Origin: Candidatus Altimarinota bacterium
GTDB taxonomy: Bacteria; Patescibacteriota; Gracilibacteria; CAIRYL01; GCA-016699755
DNA: 64,000 nucleotides
Direction: 5' to 3'
Assembly (NCBI GenBank): GCA_963664295.1
Contig: OY760935.1
Location: forward strand, 256,001-320,000
The notes below the pieces were generated by a model, which saw only the letters and a program-made list of their open reading frames with translations, was not told the DNA's origin and did not search any database. The position numbers and the translations under genes are program-made. Positions 50,515 through 59,322 of this stretch are shown here, piece by piece. Numbering within the stretch: position 1 is the first letter of the stretch; every line of letters starts with the position of its first letter.

Positions 50515-53133
50515 ATGCCAATCAAACATATTTATTCCTTTGAAGAAGGGAATGCAAACGAAAAAGATCTTCTTGGAGGTAAGGGAGCAAACCTTGCTGA
50601 AATGACCCGACTGGGCTTTCCAGTGCCACAAGGGTTTACTATTAGCACGAAAACCTGCCTTTTGTTTTATGAAGAAGGTAAAAAATTTCCTCATGGTTTA
50701 GCTGAAGAATTAACTGAAGCTGTAAAAAATCTTGAAGAAAAAACAGGTAAAAAATTTGGAGACCAAGAAAATCCATTATTAGTATCTGTGCGTTCTGGTG
50801 CAAAAATATCTATGCCTGGAATGATGGATACTGTTTTGAACTTAGGCCTCAATGATCGTACTGTTGAAGTTTTGGCTAAAAAATCAGGTAATCCTCGTTT
50901 TGCTTATGATGCTTATAGAAGATTTGTTCAAATGTTTGGCGATGTTGTGCTTGATATTGATCATCATAATTTTGAAAGTGTGATTACAGCTAAAAAAGCA
51001 GAAAAAGGAGTGCAAAATGACACAGATCTTACTGTTGAAGATTGGCAAGATGTTGTCAGTCAGTTCAAACTCATTGTCAAAAATGAAACAGGAGTAGATT
51101 TTCCAGAAGAACCGCGAGAACAGCTAGAAAAAGCAATTACCGCGGTTTTTAATTCTTGGCAAATTCCTCGTGCAGTAAAATATAGAGAAATTCACAATAT
51201 ACCACACGATCTTGGTACTGCTGTTAATGTGCAAACCATGGTTTTTGGTAATTTAGGTGACACTTCTGGTACTGGCGTTTGTTTCACTCGCAATCCAATG
51301 AATGGTAAAAAGAATATTTTTGGTGATTTTCTTATAAATGCACAAGGTGAAGATGTTGTTGCTGGCATTCGCACACCAAGAGAAATAACTGAATTAGAAG
51401 ATGAAATGCCAGAGATATATAAAACATTAGAAGAAACTTGTGAAAAATTAGAAAATCATTATCGAGAAATGCAGGATATTGAGTTTACTATTGAAGATGG
51501 TAATTTTTATATGCTTCAGACCAGATCTGGTAAACGCACAGCTCATGCGGCTGTAAAAATTGCTGTTGATATGATGCATGAAGGCCTTATTTCTAAAGAA
51601 GAAGCTGTTATGCGAGTTGAGCCTAAGTGTTTGGATCAGCTTTTGCACCCAACCTTAGACCCAAATGAAAAAAAAGATGTAATTGCCAAAGGTGTTCCTG
51701 CTAGTCCAGGTGCGGCCTGTGGTAAAGTTGTTTTTACTGCTGACGATGCTGTTAAGCACAATGAAGTTGGTCAAAAGGTTATTTTAGTTCGTCATGAAAC
51801 TAGCCCAGAAGATATTCACGGAATGCATGTTTCTGAAGGCATTTTGACTGCTTGTGGAGGAAAAGCTTCTCATGCAGCTGTTGTTGCTCGTGGCATGGGC
51901 ACTCCTTGTGTTTCTGGTGCTACTGAGATTGTTGTTAATCCAAAAGCAGGTAAGTTTACTGTTGGTGAAACAGTTATTAACGAAGGTGATGTAATTACTT
52001 TAGATGGATCTACTGGTGAAGTTATTCTTGGTACTTGTAGCACAATTGATGCAAAACTTTCTGATGAATTGCTTGAATTGCTTGAGTGGGCAGATGAATT
52101 TGGCGAATTAACAGTACGCACCAATGCAGACACTCCTCGTGATGCAAGTAAGGCTAGAGAGTTTGGCGCACAGGGGATTGGTCTTTGTCGTACTGAGCAT
52201 ATGTTTTTTGGTGATGATAGAATAAATATTGTGCGAGAAATGATACTTGCAAAAAGCACAGAAGAAAGAGAAAAAGCTCTAGAAAAATTATTACCAATGC
52301 AAAGACAAGATTTTGAAGAAATTTTTGAAGTCATGGATGGACTTCCTGTGACAATTCGCCTTCTTGATCCACCTTTGCATGAATTTTTGCCAGAAAAAAA
52401 TAGTGATATTGAAGAATTTGCTAATGTATTTAATCTCACTTTTGAACAAGCAAAAGATAGAGTAAAAAGCATGGAAGAAGTTAATCCAATGTTGGGTTAT
52501 AGAGGAGTGCGTATTTTGGTCACTTGTCCTGAAATCCTTAAAATGCAAGGCAGAGCCATTATTGAAGCTGCTCTTGCTGTGCAAAAAAAGGGAATTAAGG
52601 TTTTGCCTGAAATTATGATTCCTCTTGTTGGCAGAAAAAAAGAATTTGATATATCAAAAGAAGGATTAGAAGAAGTTATTGCAGAAGTTTTTGCAGAAAC
52701 AGGAGAAAAAGTTAATTATAAAATAGGCACAATGATTGAGCTTCCTCGTGCTTGCATGGTTGCGCATAAAATCGCAGAAAAAGCTGATTTCTTTTCTTTT
52801 GGAACCAACGACCTTACTCAAATGAGCTTTGGTTATTCTCGTGATGATGTTGCCAGGTTTTTACCTCAATATATAGAATTAGGAATATTAGAAAATGATC
52901 CCTTTGAGATATTGGATCAAGAAGGAGTTGGGCCTTTAATAGAAACTGCAGTAAAAAAAGGTCGTGGTGTTAAATCTGATTTAAAAATTAGTGTTTGCGG
53001 AGAGCATGGTGGTGATCCAAGTTCTGTGGAATTTTTTCAAAAAAATAATTTTGATGTTATTTCTTGTTCACCTTTTAGAGTGCCCCTTGCTCGTGTAGCT
53101 GCTGCTCAAGCCACAATAATGTTGAAAAAATAA
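50515..53133 (+). CDS. ppdK: pyruvate, phosphate dikinase
   Basis: LLGGKGANLAEM, SVRSGA, GEDVVAG, GIGLCRTEHMF, FSFGTNDLTQ, CGEHGGDP. Confidence 0.98.
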   Translation: MPIKHIYSFEEGNANEKDLLGGKGANLAEMTRLGFPVPQGFTISTKTCLLFYEEGKKFPHGLAEELTEAVKNLEEKTGKKFGDQENPLLVSVRSGAKISMPGMMDTVLNLGLNDRTVEVLAKKSGNPRFAYDAYRRFVQMFGDVVLDIDHHNFESVITAKKAEKGVQNDTDLTVEDWQDVVSQFKLIVKNETGVDFPEEPREQLEKAITAVFNSWQIPRAVKYREIHNIPHDLGTAVNVQTMVFGNLGDTSGTGVCFTRNPMNGKKNIFGDFLINAQGEDVVAGIRTPREITELEDEMPEIYKTLEETCEKLENHYREMQDIEFTIEDGNFYMLQTRSGKRTAHAAVKIAVDMMHEGLISKEEAVMRVEPKCLDQLLHPTLDPNEKKDVIAKGVPASPGAACGKVVFTADDAVKHNEVGQKVILVRHETSPEDIHGMHVSEGILTACGGKASHAAVVARGMGTPCVSGATEIVVNPKAGKFTVGETVINEGDVITLDGSTGEVILGTCSTIDAKLSDELLELLEWADEFGELTVRTNADTPRDASKAREFGAQGIGLCRTEHMFFGDDRINIVREMILAKSTEEREKALEKLLPMQRQDFEEIFEVMDGLPVTIRLLDPPLHEFLPEKNSDIEEFANVFNLTFEQAKDRVKSMEEVNPMLGYRGVRILVTCPEILKMQGRAIIEAALAVQKKGIKVLPEIMIPLVGRKKEFDISKEGLEEVIAEVFAETGEKVNYKIGTMIELPRACMVAHKIAEKADFFSFGTNDLTQMSFGYSRDDVARFLPQYIELGILENDPFEILDQEGVGPLIETAVKKGRGVKSDLKISVCGEHGGDPSSVEFFQKNNFDVISCSPFRVPLARVAAAQATIMLKK

Positions 53134-53171
53134 TCCTTATATTTAATTTTAAATAATTTTACCTAAAAATC

Positions 53172-54407
53172 ATGTCTTTATTTGAAAATACACTTGCACA
53201 AATAGAAAAAGCTGCAAGTGCAATGCGTCTTGATGAAGATGTAAAAAGTGTTGTTTCTGCTCCAGAAAGAATTATGGAAGTTGCTATTCCCGTCCGCATG
53301 GACGATGGTAGCCTGAAGGTTTTTACAGGCTACAGAATTCAACATTCTACTATTCGTGGTCCTGCAAAAGGTGGCATTCGTTATCACCATGAAACAGACC
53401 TGGAAGAAGTTAAAGCTCTTGCTGCTTGGATGAGTATCAAATGTGCTGTTGTTAATATTCCATTAGGTGGAGGAAAAGGTGGAATTACCTGTAGTCCAAA
53501 AGAAATGTCCCCAGCAGAACTAGAAAAGCTCACAAGAGGTTTTGTAGAAAAAATAGAACCTATTATTGGACCAGAAAAAGATGTTCCAGCTCCAGATGTA
53601 AACACAAATCCACAAATCATGGCTTGGTTTGTTGATGAATACTCAAAATTACAAGGAGAAAATAAATTGGGAGTAGTCACAGGAAAACCTCTTGAAGCTG
53701 GTGGTTCTCTTGGTCGTGATCAAGCTACTGCTCAAGGTGGTGCTTATGTTTTATTGAAATATTATGAATTAAATAATATTGATAAAACAGGTAAAAGTGT
53801 TGTTATTCAGGGTTTTGGTAATGCTGGTAAAAATGCAGCAATTCTTCTTGCTGAGCAAGGTATGAAGATTACTGGTGTTTCTGATTCAAAAGGCGGTGTA
53901 TATAACGCAGATGGTTTAAATGTTGAAGAGCTTATTAAAGTTAAAAATGAAACTGGTACAGTACAAAATATGCCAGGAGTTGACAAGGTGACTAATGAAG
54001 AGTTAATTGAAAAAGAATGTGATGTTTTAGTGCTTGCAGCGCTTGAAAACCAAGTTCATAAAGATAATGCTGGTAATTTAAAAACAGGTTTGATTTTAGA
54101 GCTTGCAAATGGACCTATTACCCCAGAGGGTGATGAGATTATTGAAAAAGCAGGAGTTGAAATTCTTCCTGATATTTTGGCTAATGCAGGTGGTGTGACT
54201 GTTTCTTATTTTGAAATGGTACAAAATAATATGAATTATTATTGGACTGCTGAAGAAGTGCAGGTGAAATTAAAAACAATAATGGAAAAAGCTCTTGCTG
54301 ATGTATTAAATGAAAGAAAAAGATGCAAGGTTGATATGCGTACTGCTGCTTTTGTCACTGCTTTAGGCAGAATTGCTAGCGCTTTGCAGGCTAGAGGAAA
54401 AGCTTAA
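53172..54407 (+). CDS. gdhA: Glu/Leu/Phe/Val dehydrogenase (glutamate dehydrogenase)
   Basis: GPAKGGIRY, GGGKGG, DVPAPDVNT, VTGKP, QGFGNAG, PDILANAGGVTVSYFE. Confidence 0.95.
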   Translation: MSLFENTLAQIEKAASAMRLDEDVKSVVSAPERIMEVAIPVRMDDGSLKVFTGYRIQHSTIRGPAKGGIRYHHETDLEEVKALAAWMSIKCAVVNIPLGGGKGGITCSPKEMSPAELEKLTRGFVEKIEPIIGPEKDVPAPDVNTNPQIMAWFVDEYSKLQGENKLGVVTGKPLEAGGSLGRDQATAQGGAYVLLKYYELNNIDKTGKSVVIQGFGNAGKNAAILLAEQGMKITGVSDSKGGVYNADGLNVEELIKVKNETGTVQNMPGVDKVTNEELIEKECDVLVLAALENQVHKDNAGNLKTGLILELANGPITPEGDEIIEKAGVEILPDILANAGGVTVSYFEMVQNNMNYYWTAEEVQVKLKTIMEKALADVLNERKRCKVDMRTAAFVTALGRIASALQARGKA

Positions 54408-54430
54408 TAAAATATTTATTTTTGTTATTT

Positions 54431-54458
54431 AAAAACCGCTTGTATGGGCGGTTTTTTT
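54431..54458 (+). terminator. intrinsic terminator
   Basis: aaaaaccgct-tgtat-gggcggttttttt after gdh. Confidence 0.8.
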
Positions 54459-54470
54459 GTTATTAAATAA

Positions 54471-54568
54471 TTAATTTTATTTTTGTATTACTGTATTAGT
54501 GTACTGGTACAGTAATACATTTTTAGTGTTGATTATTTGGCTTTATCTAGGGCAATGAATTTTTTTTA
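54471..54568. repeat. ~98-bp dispersed repeat with a 12-bp perfect hairpin (copy 2)
   Basis: Near-identical to 47579-47677; hairpin at 54484-54519. Confidence 0.85.
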
Positions 54569-54587
54569 AATAACAAAAAAAAGAGAT

Positions 54588-54850
54588 GGACTTGCTCAGA
54601 ATGACAGTAATAGTGTGTCATCCTGAGTGAGCGTAGCGAAGCGAAGGATCTCCCGTAGTCATTACTGTTGAATTACCTAAGGCAGGACTTGAGCGAATGG
54701 ACAAGGAGATTCTTCGCTCCATTTCACTCCGCTCAGAATGACAGTAAGGGTGTGTTTTACGCTCAGAATCAGCCTCCCGAGATTGCGTATCAAGTCCGCA
54801 ATGACACCTTCAAAAAAAGTCCGCAATGACAAAAAAGCTCAACAATAACG
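54588..54850. repeat. array of REP-like palindromic repeats
   Basis: gtcatcctgagtgagcgtagcgaagcgaaggatctc, linker, gagattcttcgctcc...cagaatgac. Confidence 0.9.
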
Positions 54851-54891
54851 GAGTATTTATTATTTTTTACGCAAAATGAACAGTTTTTTGT

Positions 54892-55533
54892 TTATTTTAG
54901 TACATAATCAGCAATTTCTTTAACACTAGGAAAAATATTATTAAAACCAGCTTTTTTAAAGCTTTCCGTATTAGTAGTGCCTGTTAATACAGCTAAAAAA
55001 TCCACATTAGCACCTTTTGCGCTATATGCATCATACAAAGAATCGCCAATATAATAAGCTTCTTCTGGTTTTGCCTGAAAATATTCTAATACTTTTATTA
55101 AACCCTCTGGGTCAGGTTTATAATTAAAAACATCTTCTGAACCTACAATTTCTTCAAAATAATTATCAATACTTGCAGATTTAAAAAGAGGAATAGTGTT
55201 TCTGCGACTTTTCATTGTGAATGCACCAATTTTTTTATTGTTTTGGTGTAATTTTTCCAACATTTTTTTTGTGCCTGGAACAAGGTCTATTCCTGCATTT
55301 TGTGCTTTTAAATATATTTCTCGATAAGTACTTAATGCTTTTTCTAGATTTTTTCCTTCAAAAAATTGTCCAAGAATATGGTCAAGTCCACTGCCAATTA
55401 AATTTTTAATTGCCTCATCGCCAGGAAAAGGTTCATTTAATCGATCAAAAGTTTGTCTAAAAGAAGCGATAATAGTGGGAATTGAGCTAAAAAGCGTGCC
55501 ATCTACATCAAAAATAATATATTTTTTAGTCAT
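54892..55533 (-). CDS. HAD family phosphatase (PGP/PpaX-like)
   Basis: FDVDGTL, KPDPEG and YIGDS motifs. Confidence 0.92.
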   Translation of the reverse strand: MTKKYIIFDVDGTLFSSIPTIIASFRQTFDRLNEPFPGDEAIKNLIGSGLDHILGQFFEGKNLEKALSTYREIYLKAQNAGIDLVPGTKKMLEKLHQNNKKIGAFTMKSRRNTIPLFKSASIDNYFEEIVGSEDVFNYKPDPEGLIKVLEYFQAKPEEAYYIGDSLYDAYSAKGANVDFLAVLTGTTNTESFKKAGFNNIFPSVKEIADYVLK

Positions 55534-58038
55534 TTAAGAAATTATTGCTTTAATTTTTTCTACAGATAATCCTTGTAGTCCACCGCCGGAAGCAAAATTA
55601 TCAGATCCACCTCCACCTCCGCCAAATTCTTTATTTAATTTTTGTAATAATTCTTTAGCGGATACTGATTTTGTACTTATTGCTACTGAGCCTTGTTTGC
55701 CAAACAGAATTACTATTTCTGCTTTGCCATTTAGTGCTTTTGCTAATTCCACAGGATTTTCTGATTCTCTGATAATTATTTTTTCTCCCTGGTTTTCTGT
55801 GAGTATATTTTCTGCTTCAAAGTTGATAATGGTTTTTTTGATTTCTTTGGTTTCTTCTTCAGCGCTTTTCTTTTCTTTTGCTAGTGTTTCTATTCTTTCT
55901 TCTATTTTATCAACTGGAGTTTTTAGCTTGTTCGCTAATTCTTCTAGTCTGAGGTATTGTTCTTGGAGTAATTTTTGTGCTTCAAGTGAGCAAACTGCTT
56001 CTATTCTGCGAATACCGCTTGCTACTGAGCTTTCTGAGATTATTTTTATTGCACCAATTTCTGCCGTGTTTTTTATATGAGTGCCTCCGCAAAGCTCTTT
56101 TGAAACTTCGCCAAAACTAATTACGCGAACTGTTTGACCTTTGTCAAATTTATCTGAAAAAAGCGCCATTGCACCTTTTTTTTGAGCCTCTTCGATTGGC
56201 AATTCTTCTCTTACTCCCTCTATTCCTTCTGCTACCCATGAAGAAATTAGGTCTTCAGTTTTTCTAATTTCTTCTTTACTGAGATTTTTTGGATGAGAAA
56301 AGTCAAAACGAGTGCGTGTTTCTGAGACTTCACTTCCTGCTTGCTCTACATGCTCGCCCAATACTTTTCTAAGACTAGCATGAAGAAGATGGGCCAATGA
56401 GTGATGTCTTCTGATTTGTGCTCTGCGAATTGCGTCAATTATCGCTTTTACAGTATCTCCTTGTTTAAACGGATTGTCTGCTTTGATTGTATGTATAAAA
56501 ACATTGTTTTTATTTTTTTGTACATCAAGAACTAAAAATCCATCAATTGAGCCAGTGTCAGCTACTTGCCCTCCGCTTTCTGCATAAAACGGGGTTTTGT
56601 CTAAAGCGACAAAATAAATATCTTCATTATTTGTGCTTTTTTGGATTGCTAATACTTTTGCTTCTGTTTCGCTTGTGTTGCGCAAAAAATCTGTTGCTGG
56701 AAGGTTTTCAAACTCAATTAAATCTTCTTTTCGTTCAAACATATTTGTACTTTTTGCTCTTGAGCGCTCTCTTTGTGCTTCTAATTCTTTTTGAAATTCT
56801 TCTTTGTTTACTTTCATGCTATTTTCTTCGGCGATTTCTTCGGTTAGCTCAAAAGGGAAGCCGTATGTGTCGTATAGTTCAAATGCTTTTTTGCCTGTGA
56901 TTTTATTTTCTTTTTCTAGGGCATCAGCAAGTATTTTTTCACCTCTTTCCATTGTTTGAAGAAAGTTTTCTTCTTCAATGTCCATGGTGTTAAAAATATG
57001 AGTATCCCTTTTTTCAAGTTCAGGATAATAATTTTTGTAGTAATTTATTACTACTTCGGCTATTTTTTTGGCAAAACCACCTTTGATACCCAATTTGCGA
57101 TTGCCATACATTACGGCTCTGCGAAATATTCTTCTAAGAACATAGTCCCTGCTTGTGTTTCCTGGGGAAACTCCATCTGCAATTAAAAAAGTAGAGCCTC
57201 TTAAATGGTCTGCAATAACGCGAAAGCTTTTTATATTATTTTGATATTTTTTGCCTGATAATTCTTCGATTTTATTTAAAATATCAGCGAAAAGATCAGT
57301 GTCATAGGCAGAATCTTTTTGATTTAAAATAGAAAGAAGACGCTCAAAGCCAACACCAGTATCAACATTTTTTTGACTTAATTTTTCATAAGTTCCATCT
57401 TCTTTTTTGTTGTATTCCATGAACACTAGGTTCCATATTTCCACATATCTTTGATTTTCATCAGAATTAGGCCCAACATCAGCTCCATATTGCTCACCAC
57501 GATCGTAATGAATTTCGGAACAAGGTCCACAAGGTCCTGTTTTGCCTGCTGGTCCCCAAAAATTATCCTTTTTATCAAATTCAAAAATTTGCTCTTTTGT
57601 TAATCCTTTGCTGAGCCAGATTTTCTCTGCTTCATCGTCACGTGGAGCATCTTCATCACCTGCAAAAATTGTAATAGCGAATTTTTTTGGATCTAAACCT
57701 AAAACATCAACAAAAAAATCATAAGCCAGCTCTATTGCTTCTTCTTTAAAATAATTACCCAAAGACCAATTACCTAACATTTCAAAAAAAGTGTGGTGAG
57801 TATCATCGCCAACATCTTCAATATCTGGAGTTCGAAAACATTTTTGGGTATCAAAAAGGCGATCTCCTTTTGGGTGAGGAGCACCCATTAAAAACGGAAC
57901 AAGAGGTTGCATACCCGCAGTAGTTAAAAGAACAGTAGGGTCGTTTTTGTCTGGAATAAGCGACTCTGATGGTAGTTCCATATGATTTCTGGAGACAAAA
58001 AATTCTCTAAATTTTTTTCTTAATTCTTCGGAATGCAT
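55534..58038 (-). CDS. alaS: alanine--tRNA ligase
   Basis: TTAGMQP, HHTFFEMLGNWS, GPCGPCSEI, VEIWNLVF, DTYGFP, FYAESGGQ, HSLAHLLH, ELCGGTH. Confidence 0.98.
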   Translation of the reverse strand: MHSEELRKKFREFFVSRNHMELPSESLIPDKNDPTVLLTTAGMQPLVPFLMGAPHPKGDRLFDTQKCFRTPDIEDVGDDTHHTFFEMLGNWSLGNYFKEEAIELAYDFFVDVLGLDPKKFAITIFAGDEDAPRDDEAEKIWLSKGLTKEQIFEFDKKDNFWGPAGKTGPCGPCSEIHYDRGEQYGADVGPNSDENQRYVEIWNLVFMEYNKKEDGTYEKLSQKNVDTGVGFERLLSILNQKDSAYDTDLFADILNKIEELSGKKYQNNIKSFRVIADHLRGSTFLIADGVSPGNTSRDYVLRRIFRRAVMYGNRKLGIKGGFAKKIAEVVINYYKNYYPELEKRDTHIFNTMDIEEENFLQTMERGEKILADALEKENKITGKKAFELYDTYGFPFELTEEIAEENSMKVNKEEFQKELEAQRERSRAKSTNMFERKEDLIEFENLPATDFLRNTSETEAKVLAIQKSTNNEDIYFVALDKTPFYAESGGQVADTGSIDGFLVLDVQKNKNNVFIHTIKADNPFKQGDTVKAIIDAIRRAQIRRHHSLAHLLHASLRKVLGEHVEQAGSEVSETRTRFDFSHPKNLSKEEIRKTEDLISSWVAEGIEGVREELPIEEAQKKGAMALFSDKFDKGQTVRVISFGEVSKELCGGTHIKNTAEIGAIKIISESSVASGIRRIEAVCSLEAQKLLQEQYLRLEELANKLKTPVDKIEERIETLAKEKKSAEEETKEIKKTIINFEAENILTENQGEKIIIRESENPVELAKALNGKAEIVILFGKQGSVAISTKSVSAKELLQKLNKEFGGGGGGSDNFASGGGLQGLSVEKIKAIIS

Positions 58039-58107
58039 TTTGCTTGAAAAAAAAGCTTAAACAGTGTAAAATAGTAAGATACAAAAATCAATCTATTAAA
58101 AATAAAA

Positions 58108-59241
58108 ATGCCTGAAGAAAGCAATAAAACAGAAATAAAATCAGGAGAGGAGCTGCAAGAAAAATCAGCTCCAAAACCTGTAGTAAACGACAATATTGCA
58201 GATCGAGTTGATCTTGATGATATTTTAGAGCTTTGTATTGATTCAGAGGCTTCTGATTTGCATTTTGGCGCAAAAGCAAGAATAGGCCTGAGAGTTAATG
58301 GAAAAATTTGTTTTGTGGAAAATGTTCCACCTTTAACAAAAGAACAGGCAGAAAAAATTATTTTTAAACTACTTGCTAGTGATGAACAAAAGGAAACATT
58401 ACTAAGAACACGCGAAATGGATACTTCTTATGAATATAAAGATGGAACAAGTTTTCGTGTGAATATTTATTTTAAAAGAGGAAATATTGCTGCTGCATTG
58501 CGCAGAATTCCAAGAGCAGCAATGACTTTGGAAAACTTAGGAATTCCTGAGTCAGTTCATAATCTTATAGAAATGAAGCAAGGGCTTATTTTAATAACAG
58601 GGCCAACAGGAAGTGGTAAGTCAACAACTTTGCAAGCAATGGTTGAATATGTAAATAAAAATAGAGTTGAACATATTATTACTATTGAAGATCCAGTTGA
58701 ATTTCTTTTTACTTCAAAAAAATCAATTATATCTCAAAGAGAAGTAGGTGACGACACGCTTTCTTTTTCTAATTCTTTGAGAGCAGCTCTGCGTGAAGAC
58801 CCTGATGTTGTGATGATTGGAGAGATGAGAGATGCAGAAACAATTATGGCGGCTATTAATCTTGCTGAAACAGGACATTTGGTTATGTCTACTTTGCATA
58901 CTGCTTCGGCAGCACAAACAGTTAACCGTTTGATTAACGCTTTTCCGCCAGAGCAACAATCTCAAGTGCAAAATCGTTTAGCAGACTCTTTGATTGGAGT
59001 TGTTTCTCAAAGGCTTGTACCAAGATGTGATAAACCTGGCAGAACTGCTATTTTTGAGATGATGATAGTTAACGCAGCTATTAGAAATATTATTCGTTCA
59101 GGTGATACGGGACAAATAATGAATGCTATCCAAGGAGGAAAAGCAGAAGGTATGATTAAAATGGAAACTTATGCCGAAGAGCTTAAAAACAAAGGAATTA
59201 TACTTGAGCAAGATTATATTCATTTTTTCCGTAAAGAATAA
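58108..59241 (+). CDS. pilT: type IV pilus retraction ATPase
   Basis: ASDLH, GPTGSGKSTT, TIEDPVE, ALREDPDV, ETGHLVMSTLHT, AIRNIIR. Confidence 0.93.
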   Translation: MPEESNKTEIKSGEELQEKSAPKPVVNDNIADRVDLDDILELCIDSEASDLHFGAKARIGLRVNGKICFVENVPPLTKEQAEKIIFKLLASDEQKETLLRTREMDTSYEYKDGTSFRVNIYFKRGNIAAALRRIPRAAMTLENLGIPESVHNLIEMKQGLILITGPTGSGKSTTLQAMVEYVNKNRVEHIITIEDPVEFLFTSKKSIISQREVGDDTLSFSNSLRAALREDPDVVMIGEMRDAETIMAAINLAETGHLVMSTLHTASAAQTVNRLINAFPPEQQSQVQNRLADSLIGVVSQRLVPRCDKPGRTAIFEMMIVNAAIRNIIRSGDTGQIMNAIQGGKAEGMIKMETYAEELKNKGIILEQDYIHFFRKE

Positions 59242-59322
59242 ATACTTGATAAAAATTGAAAATTATGTAAAAATAATTGGATAAAATAAAAAAAATTTAA
59301 AAATAATTTCAATAAAATTAAA

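Noticed and set aside
51870-52472. 200-aa antisense ORF within ppdK (and similar shadow ORFs, e.g. 3499-3957, 17982-18401, 37985-38371)
   Set aside because: Antisense shadows of well-supported genes with no recognisable motifs.
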